Assembly: GCA_951406725.2 (NCBI GenBank)
Contig: OX597816.1
Coordinates: forward strand, 113,770,001 to 113,834,000
DNA: 64,000 nucleotides
Reading direction: 5' to 3'
Origin: Octopus vulgaris
Lineage: Eukaryota
Part shown: positions 51,107 to 64,000 of the stretch, piece by piece
Numbering within the stretch: position 1 is the first letter of the stretch
How the letters are laid out: each line of letters starts with the position of its first letter
The notes under the pieces: generated by a model
The model's input: the letters and a program-made list of their open reading frames with translations, nothing else
Database searches by the model: none
What the model was told of the DNA's origin: nothing
Position numbers and translations under genes: made by a program

Positions 51107-52229
51107 ATATATATATTTACATATGTGTGTATGTGTGTATGAGTGTGTATGTATACATGTATATGTGTAAGTGCATGTATGTGTGTCTCTTTGATTTCGT
51201 ATAGCTCAATAGTTGTAAAATGATTGGAATTGTCATACAGGCAGTATCATTCATTTACAAGGAGAGTATTGGCATCATGAAGGGTATTCAGCTGTGGAAA
51301 ATCTGTCTGAATAAATGCTGTTCAACCCATGCAAGCATGAAAATGTGTATGTTAAAATGATGATGATGATATATATATATATTTGTGAAGGTTAATGAGA
51401 AAAATAGTTTTTAAGAATTGAGTTTAAATTCTCACTAAAAACAGTTTATATAATATAGCCTTTTGAATTACTACATTTTGGAGGTTACATTTTCCTAAAT
51501 ATGTAAACAAATATTCCTCCACTTCAAATTATCATTTCTGAATGTGCAACATTTTTTTATACATACCTACCTCAACTTATGTAATGTTTTTCTTTTATGC
51601 CTGTCAGCTGTTTCTAGATAAATACAGTGATAAGCATTTTTTAAGAATGTTCAAATTACCAGATTATTTGTTAAAAAAAATGTCTTAATTACTAGGATTC
51701 AAAATAATACATTTTGATTTTACATTTATCTTTTACACTTTAAAAGATTTTATTATTGTAGATAAATGTATTAACTTTACTGTTTCTATATTGATTTTTC
51801 TTTAATACCATCTAGATCTAATAATAAAACAGTACTTTCTCAAATAAAATTACATTACATTTTCTCTTCCAAATTAATTCAACAACAAAATAAGAAAACA
51901 CTAAGACAGAGCTTCCCTTTCTGAACATAGTTATCTGAGTGAATAATGTTTGAGGTTCCACGTAACAATATTAAAACTTAATTCTCCCATAAAGGTGATT
52001 ATAGCTTCAAAAAGTAAGGAAAGAATTGAATGAAATTGAGGAAACAGAATATCAACAAAACAAAATAAGAACTTGAGAAACAAAGAAGCTACTGATTAGA
52101 ATCTAATTAGAATAATAAAAATATAAGAGAAAGATGAGTAAAGCAAAAGTTATTCTGCCAAAACACATAATGTACTTTATTTTTTTCGAATTTAATTTTT
52201 GATTTTATTTTCTGAATTCCATCTGGCAG

Positions 52230-52285
52230 ACTGTAGCAGTGGCTAATATTGTAGGCTCAAAGCTTATCTTCCCCTATATTTCCAA
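52230..52285 (+). CDS. Candidate host exon (unidentified gene)
   Basis: ttccatctggcag|...AA|gtatgc, 56 nt, only one open frame TVAVANIVGSKLIFPYIS; GC higher than the flanks. Confidence 0.3.
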
Positions 52286-54967
52286 GTATGCCTTTATAGC
52301 AAGATTCTGATTCCTCTGGGGAAAATATTTTATATGTTGTACTTTTTTAATTTTGGATTCCTTTTTAAAATCTGATTTCATATTTACTTTTAGCAACATA
52401 TTAATAAAAACCTTTATTATTTCTGGTTTTGTTTTTGTAAACTTTCATTTCAGCACAATAAATCATTATTTTATTTTATGCCATACTATATACATAATAT
52501 TTGCTTTAAAGTTAAGGAAAAGCATTTACATTTCTGATAAAATTTCAGTTGAATGAATTTTGGGAAATAGCATTTATTTTTTATCCATTATTAATTTCTT
52601 CTGTGTACATATGAATGTCTTACTGGGATCCTAATCTCTGTCTCCGTAAAATAATTTTGGTTCAAGACAGTTTTTTAGTGTTATTTATATAATTGAAAAC
52701 TTGATTTGCATTTTTTTAAAATACCAGGCAAAATGTTAGTTAACTCATTTGTTTCTAAAATGAGTGTGGTTTTAAAAATAAAAGATTAGACATTACATTT
52801 CTGAATTGTAGAAATATATGGAAGAAAACTCTGTAAGCTGATTAACAAAAAAAGTTTTACATTGTGAGAAATTAATTTTAAAAGATTTAATGAATTTTAT
52901 AAGAGAAAATACATAATAATTATTAGATATGACTTTTTATGAATATTTTTATCTTAATTTGAAACAAAAATAAGCTCTGAGATTTTAGGTTCTTTTTATT
53001 AGACCTAAAATTTTAAATATAATAATTTTCCTTAAGAATTATTTAATGTGTCATAATTTAAAAAGCTTCCCTTGAGAATTAGATTTTGTAATTTTTTTCC
53101 CTTGATGGTCGCTTGTAAAATTTTGATTTTATTATTTAATGCCTGAACTAATAATTATACAAATGAAAAAGTCAACCATGAACCTTTCCATTTCATTGGA
53201 TTTATTTTGATTTCCCTTTTTTGAAATCAAATCTGATGAAATCAGGTATTAAAAATGGACATTGTAATGAACAAACATTATGTTTGTTCTTTGTTTTTCT
53301 ACAGTTGCATGCTTTATCAAATTGGTATGCTTCATATTAAAAAAAAACTAACAAAGAATTATATGAGGTTCACTGACTCAATCAATTACCTCTGTTGAAA
53401 GAAGAAAAGAAATCAGTTGTTTTTTAAATGAGAATTCTTTTTTATATTTTTATTTAATTTAATTTGTTCATTAGTGCAAAATTTGGTGCATATTTCTAAC
53501 TGAAATGTTTCAAATATTAGTCTAAAATGTAGCATTCTGCACAAAATAACAAAAATGTATATACTTTTGAGTTAAAATTAGTGAGTTGCTGTGATATTTA
53601 TTTACATTTCTTGTTATTTAACCTCCATCTACAGTATATTTGATATTCCAATCTTTCAATTGAGGTATAAACTAATTCACTTAAACATGCACATTTTAAC
53701 AATTTAGGAAACAATTAATTAAAAGAACCAATAGAACCATGACACTGTTGAGAAGGGCTTTTTTGTCATGTTTATTATGTATATATTATTTTAAGTTAAT
53801 GTTTGTGTAATTTTGTAAGCATGTTTGTGCTTAAAGTCATAAGGAAAAAATCTTTCAGCAAAAGCTTATAGGAGGTGTCTGAAAGCTGTAAGCTGTGTTA
53901 AGCTCTATAGGTGAATGTAACATGTAAGCTAACGATGGGGATTGTAGGAACATAGATACCCAAAGCAAGTGGGATGGATAGGCGAAGTAAAATTACCTTG
54001 CAACTGAATAAAAGTTTGCTAATTAAAACCTTACCACAGATACTGCACAAAAGCATGTCCCTTTTTCACCTTAGTCAAGAATGTTTCTATTTTAAATTAA
54101 GGTTTGAACCATCATCAACATCATCGTTTTGATATCCACATTTCCGTTCTTGCACGGGTTGGATAGGATTTTTGAGACAGATTTTCTGCAGCAAAATACC
54201 ATTCCTGTCATCAACCCTCATCTGTTTTCAAGTGAGGTAATATTTCCCCGTGAACAGACATGTTTACATGGAAAACTAGAAATGAAGGACACTGCTTGCA
54301 TGACAGTAACATTTATTCACACCCACCATGTGAAAAGTTAAGTAAAGAGACAGTAATACACACACACGGTTACATATAACAGGCCTCCTTCAACCTCCTT
54401 TCACTATATCCACCCATAAACTTTTGTCTGGCCCAGGGTCTCAGTAGAAGTGTCAGTGGGATAAAAATGTGAATGAAAAGTATTATAGAAGAATTAAAAA
54501 AGCAATGTGGTATCTGTTTTAAATCTTACTCAAAAAGACATATTTATATGGTTTTAATCTGTATAGTACTTTAATGGAGAAATAAATACTGTAATGCTTG
54601 CATCATTATAAAATTATCAACAGTATAAAGGTTTGTTGTATTTGAATGCTAGTATTAGTAATGATAATTTCCCCAGTTTTTTTTTTAGGATGAGAGATGT
54701 TTTAATTTAATTTAACTGCTACTGTTGAAAAGTTTTGTAATGCTTATTACAATCACCAAAATAGGCAATAGAATTGTTTTGTGCACTAGAACTGATTGCC
54801 AATGATTGTATAAAGCATCTGTTTAAAAAAAAACAGATAATTTTTGTATTCAGTTTTTAGTGTGAAAGAAATATTAAAAAAATGTTAAAAAATTTTTTTA
54901 TATATGTTTTTTTTTCTTTTTAGCTGTTTATTATTAACCAACCATGCAGTCAGAAGCTAATTTTCAT

Positions 54968-55095
54968 TGATTTTTATGATACAGTAAACATCCGAAATAA
55001 CAAAAACTCAAGCTAACGGAACATTTGAAAATTGTCATTCTGTAGAGAAAATTACCGGTAATGTGCTAATTTGTTTACTTTCAGCTTACACTATT
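54968..55095. repeat. Source arm of a local inverted duplication
   Basis: Reverse complement of 55918-56044 with about 3 substitutions and one 1-bp indel. Confidence 0.9.
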
Positions 55096-55593
55096 TTAAA
55101 AATGTTTTTTTTGTTGTTTTTATTGTTTTTCCAATTGCTTACTGCAAATTTACCAGCTAATAAAGAAGTATTCATTAAAAACTATTCTTCCAGTATGAGA
55201 AAGCAAATATTTATAAGATGATTAAATTTCATCTTTATTGTGATGGTCTGTGCAAGGAAAGAAAGATCAATCTACAACCTCTTTAAGTTTTTCCATAGTA
55301 GGAAAATTTCAAAATTCAACAAAAAAGCTATTGTCCTTTGTTTCTCATCTCATATTATAAATCAAGTATGGGCAATCTTCTGCTCTTTATGATGTTTTGT
55401 GAAGTATGAATAATCCCCTTTGCTAACATTGTGTATCATAATCTGAGTTTTGACTTAAATATTTTTCAATGATTTACTTAATGTAATATAAGGTGTATAC
55501 TGTATGGCGTATTTTAAATTATTCATTTAATGTTGTTGTCCCATTTATGACAAAGAATATCTCATAAAACCAGTTGATTTTATATATTATACT

Positions 55594-56123
55594 CAGCAGA
55601 AGTGGCTGTGTGGCAAGTAGCTTGCTTACCAACCACATGGTTCCGGATTCAGTCCCACTGTGTGGCATCTTGGGCAAGTGTCTTCTACTATAGCCTCGGG
55701 CCAACCAAAGCCTTGTGAGTAGATTTGGTAGGTGGAAACTGAAAGAAGCCCATCGTATATATGTATATATATATATGTATGTGTGTGCATGTTTGTGTGT
55801 CTGTGTTTGTCCTCCCAACATTGCTTGACAACCAATGCTGGTGTGTTTATGTCCCTGTAACTTAGTGGTTTGGCAAAAGAAACTGATAGAATAAGTACTA
55901 GGCTTACAAAGAATAAGAATAGTGTAAGCTGAAGTAAACAAATTAGCACATTACCGGTAATTTTCTCTACAGAATGACAATTTTTAAATGTTCCGTTAGT
56001 TTGAGTTTTTGTTATTTCGGAAGTTTACTGTATCATAAAAATCATTTGCTTGACTAAAGGTGGTGCTCCAGCATGGCTGCAGTCAAATGACTGAAACAAG
56101 TAGAATAGTAGAAGAGTAAAAGA
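55594..56123 (+). mobile_element. Family A SINE carrying a 127-bp foreign inverted insert (55918-56044)
   Basis: SINE sequence stops at GAATAAG and resumes at TTTGCTTGACTAAAGG. Confidence 0.88.
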
Positions 56124-56489
56124 ATTATAAACTCTGAAATTAAAAGGATACTACTGTTGGTGATCTAAAAAATATGAGGTTCTATTACTTTTCTATAACT
56201 CAACACAAATTTCAAAAATGGGGTGTATAAATTAGTTTAGACTCCCCTACTTTCTTCCTTCCATGAATGAAACTTAGGATTAAAATGTTGTTTTTTTTTC
56301 TATTTCTGCTTTGGTTTTAGACTATAAACTTAATTCCTCATATAGTTATTGATTAATTCTGTTATTTATTGATGTGATGGGTTACACAAATCCACACAAC
56401 AGATTTGCAAAAAGCTTTAAGTTTTAATATATCTTTCAAAGATCTGAAAAGACAGTGTACATAACAAATACATTTGAAATCATCATCAT

Positions 56490-56720
56490 CATTCTCATCG
56501 TGTCATCCTCATTGTCATCATTATCATCCTCATTTAAAGTCCATTTTCCATGCTGACATGGGTTAAATGGTTTTATAGGAATCAAAGTGTCCAAGGACCA
56601 CATCAAGCTCCAATGTCTGCTTTGGCATGATTTTTACCACTGGATGCACTTCTTAACATCAACTACTTTACAGTGTAGACTGGGTGCTCTTGTCGTGCCA
56701 GCTATTGAGGTTGCCACACA
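56490..56720 (-). mobile_element. Older RTE 3'-UTR-derived element (similar copies near 16190, 24215, 42110, 51260, 54110, 60320, 62300)
   Basis: (CAT)n then TTTTCCATGCTGACATGGGTT...TGGATGCACTTCTTAAC. Confidence 0.6.
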
Positions 56721-58214
56721 ATTCCTAGGACTATAAGCACTGGGGAAGTTGGGGGAATCAGCTTCGATAAGGGAATTACTATGAGAGGGGGGCAAGCAGG
56801 TTCCTGGAGAGGGATCTGTGTGGCTAGTCACATCTAGTATGGAAACAAAAAATATTATTAGATAACATAAAAAGAATATAATATTAGTGAGAAGAATAAA
56901 TATTTCCATTTTAAATCATTTTAACTTATGATAGGTAAATTTTTATAATCTTATTTAATGTCCTTGTTAAATGTCTTTGTTAACTTGTCTCTCTGTTATT
57001 ATGAAGCAGGTACTTTCACATTTGTTACACCTCATCCCTTTACATAAGCAGTCCATAATATATTCCTCTATTTTGAATACTCAGTGAATATTGCTAATTT
57101 TTCTGTCGTTTTCTTATCCCATTTCTGTAAGATTGTTTGGTAATTTCAATTCAGGTCTTGTATTTGTATTGCTTAGATTTTATTAACTCATTAGATTTTC
57201 ATTATATTTCTGACACTTGTATTATATGACCTACCTCTAAGAAATAATCCCTTGTCACCACCAGACAATAATTCCATGCATTTTCTCACTTGGTTCATAT
57301 ACTAAAACTGATTCCATGTCTAATATAATTAGGTTATCTAAAATCCAATATTATTAGTTGTTAGCTCTTCGCTGTATTAGGCACACCATCACATGTGACA
57401 CACTTAAAGTGTCAGCTCCATATAATAACTGTAAGCCAAAGCTGAAGCCTCTATGTGGTTACTCAACAGCTAGAAATACCAGACAAAGTCTCTCAGATGC
57501 ACCACGTCCTTTAAAGAAAAGCACATTAAATAGACAGTGAAGTCTCTAATATACACAATGATGAGATGGCCATAACTGGAATGTCTTTCAGCAAGGGTCT
57601 TTTCAGTCACAACTGATGTATGATTAAACAATAACTTTTTGACATCATACATTTCTGGTAAGAAAATTATGTCTTCTAGTCTAACTAAATGATAGTAGGT
57701 TAAAAGTCAAGGAACGAAGTGTGACAGTAATGAATTAGGCCTTAATTCAGATGTTGGCCTCAATCATTTTTGTTTTGTATGTATGTTTGTTGATATTCTC
57801 TCTGCTATTGCTACCATTTCTAAAACTGTATAATTAATACCATCTCTATTAGTGACAATTGATTAATAGATAATGTAAACTAATTAGCAATTTGAAAGTT
57901 ATATAGTTATATACACATTGATTTCTCATTATAGTGTAAAAAAATAGGAGAAAAGCCAGTTTGTGAATGGAAATTTGTGAAGATCCATAATTATCAAAGT
58001 CTGAATATGAGAAGTATCAAAAGTAACAAAGTGAAGGGAGAGTTTAGAAGGGACCCACTACACCTTGGGTGGAGAACCATTTTAAAGCCAGGGTTGAATT
58101 TGTGATGAGGAAATTAATCTTTTCATTTTATGAATTTATTGGTTTCTAGCTTATATTTAATTACTGCTTTGGTGTTAAACCTTAAAATGTTTTTTTTTTC
58201 TTTCCTGTTTCAAG

Positions 58215-58385
58215 TTGGTTTTTAGAGAATTTTGTGAGCATGTAGATCCAAAATTGAAATCAGGCAAAACTCCTCTTACAAAGGAAGAGTTTTTCACACT
58301 TGTGGGAAACCCCTCCTCTGCAAATGAAATTTTGCATTGTTGTTCACATCCAGCCATCTTAACCAACGAAAAGCACATTAGCTAA
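58215..58385 (+). CDS. Candidate terminal coding exon (unidentified gene)
   Basis: Strong polypyrimidine tract with AG at 58214 or 58225; open frame (LVFR)EFCEHVDPKLKSGKTPLTKEEFFTLVGNPSSANEILHCCSHPAILTNEKHIS*; non-repetitive, protein-like composition. Confidence 0.35.
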   Translation: MVFREFCEHVDPKLKSGKTPLTKEEFFTLVGNPSSANEILHCCSHPAILTNEKHIS

Positions 58386-59239
58386 AGAGTTGTGGATACC
58401 CTGTACCAGAAACAAAAGACATAATGTTTGCAAATATATTGTATTTGATCATTCCTTTGCTCAATTACAGTTCATCTGGGGCTAAAAAAACCCACAACTA
58501 TGTAAATGTAACATTATTCCAAAAGCAGGTATAAGGCAACAACATGATGTGTCTGGTTATTAGCTAAATTTTTAGTGAGAATATATTACTCCATGACGAA
58601 AGACAATGATCAGATAGACACGTTTGAATCTGCTAAAACATATTGAGAATGTGTGCCCCTTATGAATTATTGTCTGATTGGCAGATATCAGCTCACATCA
58701 GCAAATAATTAAGGATTTTTACAGCAGAGAGCTCATAAAACTGTGTGATTAATAGAGTGAAAAGCCCTGGTGAATGATAGAATCAGAAACAAACACAAAG
58801 ACACTACTGCATCCAAATTCACAGACCTTCCTGAACTGACTGGGGACGTCAAAACAGAGTGAAGATTGTTTAATTTAGTAGTTTTTCTTTGGCTGTACTA
58901 TACTGTGAAATGAGGCAGTTCAGTGTGAATCCAGGTGGTAAAAGAAACTCTCAGTTTAATCAGGAATTTAAAGATGCTATCTGAGAAAAAAAGAAGGCTT
59001 ACAAAGTTGGGTTTGGAAACAAGTCTCCCTTTTTGCTTATGGGAACTGAGATAGACTCTGACTTTAGTTTGACCAATAAAATATTCTGGCAGGCCATCTG
59101 CTGAGTTCTTAACAAGAAGCCCTCTTCCACACCTGCCATTAAGAACTTGGGCTAGGGCTCTTCTCTCTACTGAGAGGTAGTAAGAATACTTTGTTAAGAT
59201 CCTAAATCCAGTCACAATAAAATCCTTTGGTAGAAAAGA

Positions 59240-59770
59240 GATGCATATAGGAATGAAGACTAACCTTACAACAGCTGAAGCCACCTGGGTGATTAAAGTG
59301 ATCGTATGTGACAAGGCCTCTGGGGAGGATGAAACTTGGTCAAGGATATTAAAAGCTTTAAAAAGAGAAAGTATTCTTTGGCCAATTTGTGTATGCTCGA
59401 TAGCTTGGACATCTGGAAAGACACCAAAGCAGTGGAAAGTTGGAGTGATAATAGCAAGGGAAACAAGAAAGGCTGCTTTGATTATAGAGAAATCTTCTTG
59501 TTGAGTCTCCTCAGGAAAGTCTATGCTAAGTGTCTGGAAAAGAGATGTAGGAAAATTGTTGAGTCCAAGATAGCCTAACAGTGTGGTTTCCATCTTAGCT
59601 ACAGCACAGCTGACCAGATACTCAATCTGAAGCAGATCTTTGAGAAATCATGGTAATATTGAGATGTTCACTTCCTTTGTGGAACTTGAAAATACATATG
59701 ACCACGTGCCACAGGGAATACTGTGGAGAACTTTGCAGAAGTTTGAGATTAATGAGCAGATTATTCATAT
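59240..59770 (+). pseudogene. Degenerate LINE reverse-transcriptase fragment (RTE-like, third family)
   Basis: KASGEDE...AWTSGKTPKQWKVGVII...DYREIFLLSLLRKVYAKCLEKR...QCGF...STADQILNLKQIFEKSW...FVELENTYDHVP; frameshifted. Confidence 0.8.
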
Positions 59771-62700
59771 AAAAGATGGAAAGCGAAGTTCTCAAAATTG
59801 AGAATACTTTGTATAATGACACTAGAATTTATTGCCACAACTTGTTTTATATGTACAAGAGAACATAAGCCAAGTATATTATTGAAGATATATGTTATGG
59901 TACATTGAAACAGTAGAATTTGCTACTGTTGGTACCAAAAGCATTATATAAACAGCAATTTGTTTGTTGATGGAAATGCAAAGTTCAAATACTTTTATGG
60001 ATATAACTGCAGTGAAACTAGCTTTTCCAGCATATTGAACCTTAAATTTGCTACATAATGAGATCTCAATGGATTATAAAGTTCACCATACTTTGGTAAA
60101 GTTGAGTTTTGCAGGAACTAAAATTATTTTATGGCAGTGGTATTAATTGATTTCAAATTTTGGTACAAAGTCAGTAATTTCAGGGGAGAGTGCATTGACT
60201 CTTCATCTCATCTCTTGGTATAGAGTTGCCCCCTTCTTTGAGGTTTATAGTCTTGCAAGCTGTATATTGATGGTGCTAGTGCAGTTGGAATATATAAAAA
60301 TCACAGGAAAGTATTTAAGATTAGAAAGGGCATCCAGCTGTAGAAACCATGTGAAAGCAGACACCAGAGAACAATACAGTCTTTGGGCCCATCAAATCTT
60401 GTTAAACTGTTCAACCCATGCCAGCATGGAACTTGGATGTTAAATGATGATGATGATAATGACATCCATCATAACTTCCAATTTAAAATGTTATCTGTAT
60501 TATACAAATTAATTCTTGCAACCTCTTACCACTCTTGTCTAGTCTGTTATTCTTCTCCAGTACCAATCCTTTTAACATCAACATGTCTGAGATCCCTTCT
60601 GGTTCTAGAATTATACTGCCTCTCATTTTTAAGTATTCATAATGAAGTTAAAACATTCCATCATAATTTCATGAAAGACATTTTTGCAGATAACATGTTC
60701 CAAACATCACCTTAGCAATAACAAAGTTAGTTATTTGATTAAGTCTCTCTAAATTCTTGATAATTTCCAAATTTTAATAAAAGTCATGGACAGTGCATTT
60801 TATTAGACATACTTTCACAAAAGAGTTAAATAAGCCTTGATTCTAGTTAAGGTTTTTATATGGTTCTTTCTCCCTCATGCATATAAATTATTTATCTTCT
60901 TGATTAGTAAACTGTTCTTTTCTGTTAATCTTTAGACACAGCCTAACCTATATCATGCCATTTTATTTTCTTGGAAATAGCAAAAAATACGAGAAGCTTA
61001 TATCAAATTATTATCTGTTCATTTTGATATTTTACATAAATAAATTTTTTCTATGCTACGGGTGGAATGGCACATGCTTGAAATAGTTACTTTAAAGCTG
61101 GGTGCCCTACCTGTTGCTAAGCAGTCAACTATGCAATATTAAGAGAAACTCTTTTTTTCCATTCAGAAAATTTAGCTATTAGGTTTATAAGTTTTGCCCA
61201 AAAGTACATCAATAGCTGTGGTGGAAATATGGTAGCAGATCATATAGCTAAAAGTTCAGTATATTAAAGGTGTAATGTCAGCATCATTGTACCTTTAGAG
61301 TAAAATATGTAAGAACTATTACAAGAGTGCAAAGTAACATTCATTAAAAGCTGAAACTGAATCTACAGATTTTTAACTCTCCTGGTCAGAAAAATTTATT
61401 CTTTTATACCAGAGAAGAAAATATTATCAGGTATTCAACTTTTGAGTTCTGATATTGTTAGCATGATGTTAAATAGTTATTGTTCTGCATTCATTAGAAT
61501 TTCTGTTTCAATCATAAAAGAAATAGAATGGTTTATTGGATTATTTCATGTTCCTTAGTACAATAATTATTCTGAATAAAAAAGTTAAAATTAAGCCAGC
61601 TTTCATTTTATGTAGAGATCAAAGTAGATTTCTTATAAACTTTACTATTACCAATTACATTCTGAGAATTACTCAATTGCATGTCATAATCAGGAAATCA
61701 GATTTTGTATTGAAATATTGCAAAAATAGAGTTTTTAAGGTTTTAGATATAATAATAAAGACTAGTATTCAAAGGTCAGCTGAAATACTTTGTACAATAA
61801 CTGAAATGCAATTAATTTTGTTTCTTTTAGAACGATTGGAAAATAATACAAAAATCTTCAAAAGGGATTTAGAAGCACATAATAATCCAAGCATTAATTT
61901 ATAGCATTTCCCTTTTATTTCATAAATATCCCTTAAATAAGCATTTCTCTTTCAAGTAAAACAGATTCTACTATCGTGCAGTAAAAACTGATGCTACAAA
62001 AATCAATCTGCCAAAGGTTTTCATAAGATAAGTGTTTGTTAAGCTGCATGTAGGTTTGTTAAGTTGTCATAAACTTTTAACAATAAACTTAAATATATAT
62101 ATTTAGTTTAAATTCCTTATGTTTATATATTTAATATAAATGTTTTAATTGAAAACAACAAAGGGACCTATGCATAGTTTCTTATCCTTCTGTAAACAAC
62201 AGTTAAATCTCCCTCAAATTAAATCTCACTGTCTTACAAAAAAAATGAAGGACACATGATATAATGTAGCAGCAGTAGTAGTAGTAGTAGTAGTAGACAT
62301 CATTTTCATCATCGTTTTCCATGCTGGCATGAGTTAGATGGCTTGGCAGAAGCTGGCAAGCCAGAGAACTATGTCAAGCTCTATCATCTACTTTAGTATG
62401 GTTTTTATGACTAGATGCCCTTCCTTACACCAACAACTTTACAGAATGTACATGGTGCTTTTCATGTGGCACCAGCACCAGTGTGATTACCAAATAACTT
62501 GTAAGACCTCTCAGCTATGAGGTAGAGTAGTATTGAGGGCAATCAAATAATTTTGGCTGCAGTACCCTTTGATCAGAAATTTATTCAGAGTTGACCTGGT
62601 ATTTAACAGCAAAATAATTCTTAATACTTTGTTTATATTAAGAGTAGCTTAGCTATTACAGGAGCAAGTTAAGAAGGTTAGACTTTTATCTCTAGAATCA

Positions 62701-63354
62701 CCACTTATATTGTTGGAGTTTCAAAATAGCTCACCTACACAAGTTGTAGTTTCTCAGCTTTTGCCAAGATACTAGCCTAATGTACCAAAAATTGCATCAA
62801 GTTTTTTAAAAGATATGGAGAAGCAAATTCAGGGGTCTCATGAATGTGTAGGTATGCTATTGTTTATGCATCCAATATTTGATTGCCTGGTTTTCTTTCA
62901 AATGAGTGGTGGTTGAGCATGGACTAGAAAACGAGTGTCCTTCATTTGTTCAAAAACTTATTGCTCTAACAATATTGGATTCATTTATTAAACTTCTTGT
63001 TACAATACTTAGATCTTGTTAAATATCTTTCAACTACTCAAAGGTTTTCAAATTTTCATTAGATTATTTTTTGAAAAAGCAGTTTTGATGTATTTTATGA
63101 TGCCATCATAAACATAGCACTAAATATGTGTTTGTTATTGATACATATAATGAGTTTATGACTATGTATTAATACATTTCCAGTCTAATTATGTATGAAA
63201 AAATGCAATACCACCAATACTACCAACTACATTATATAATGTGTTGTCCTCTCTGTTTTTCAGATATTATGGTGTAGTTTAAGGAAAGACCACTTAAAAG
63301 TTTCATCATTGTTGTTATATCTTTCCTGTCTTTGCTGATTTCCATGACAACAGA

Positions 63355-63622
63355 CATTTCCAACTTACGGTATGTCATGGGGGACATAAACAACTCAACA
63401 CTGGTTGACAAGCAATGGTGCAGTGACAAACACACACACCACATGCACACACACATTCATATATGATGAGCTTTCACACAGTTTCCATCTATCAAATCCA
63501 CTCACAAGGCTTTGGTTGACCAGGGGCTATAGTAGAAGACACTCATCGAAGGTGTTGCACAGGAGGACTGAATGCAAAACCAAGTGTTTGTAAAGCAAGC
63601 CTCTTCATCACACAGCTGTGCC
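63355..63622 (-). mobile_element. Degenerate family A SINE
   Basis: CAAATCCACTCACAAGGCTTTGGTTGACC...GCTATAGTAGAAGACAC. Confidence 0.75.
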
Positions 63623-63650
63623 TATACCTATACATATATACTGTATCACT

Positions 63651-63891
63651 GTATTGACCAGTAGATGGACAATTCATCAACAGACAACATATAGACAGGA
63701 CAATTGTGCGGTATGGTGCAGAGTCCTGTTGCCAGACACAGGGTGTTCCAGCAGCCACCTTCTTGACCCAGGGCAGCACAACCTCCTCCAGACATTTGAT
63801 GTAGGTCTCCATGTTGAATCTGAGGCCATGTGGGAATTGTCTGTTGGCTAATTGTCTGTTGATGAATTGTCTGCACAAAGGTATTGACCAG
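63651..63891. mobile_element. Small inverted-repeat element enclosing a Tc1/mariner-type transposase fragment
   Basis: Direct repeat GTATTGACCAG at both ends; perfect 20-bp inverted repeat 63668-63687 / 63852-63871; minus-strand FPHGLRFNMETYIKCLEEVVLPWVKKVAAGTPCVWQQDSAP (second catalytic D motif). Confidence 0.75.
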
Positions 63892-64000
63892 AATATCATA
63901 TATTGATGTTCATTGCTGGTCACAAAGAGCTTTCAATTTTTTCTTGATTATGCTGTTCTTTTCCATCTTGTTCCAAATTGCTTAACTAAATCATCTTTCC

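Noticed and set aside
58898-59593. 231-aa minus-strand ORF
   Set aside because: Antisense shadow of the decayed + strand RT fragment.

Overview
AT-rich eukaryotic (animal) genomic DNA, intronic or intergenic, dominated by interspersed repeats and (TA)n/(TG)n/(ATG)n microsatellites. The SINE and LINE repertoire looks like that of an octopod cephalopod (inference from recalled repeat families, not a search). No intact, identifiable host gene was found, only a few weak candidate + strand exons (about 47.4, 52.2 and 58.2 kb). Main contents: (1) a near full-length but inactivated RTE-clade LINE (31253-34900) with AP endonuclease, reverse transcriptase and a PHD-type zinc finger inserted after the RT core, plus truncated copies and many 3'-UTR-only copies; (2) a GC-rich RTE 3' fragment of a different family nested in a SINE; (3) remnants of Helitron helicase, hAT transposase, Penelope GIY-YIG endonuclease and Tc1/mariner transposase; (4) a complete non-autonomous Helitron, hAT- and piggyBac-type MITEs, a 626-bp foldback MITE carrying telomeric repeats, and a probable solo LTR; (5) at least four tRNA-derived SINE families; (6) decayed minimal hammerhead ribozymes; (7) a locally templated inverted duplication inside a SINE. 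All translations and alignments were done by eye, and boundaries of degenerate elements are approximate.
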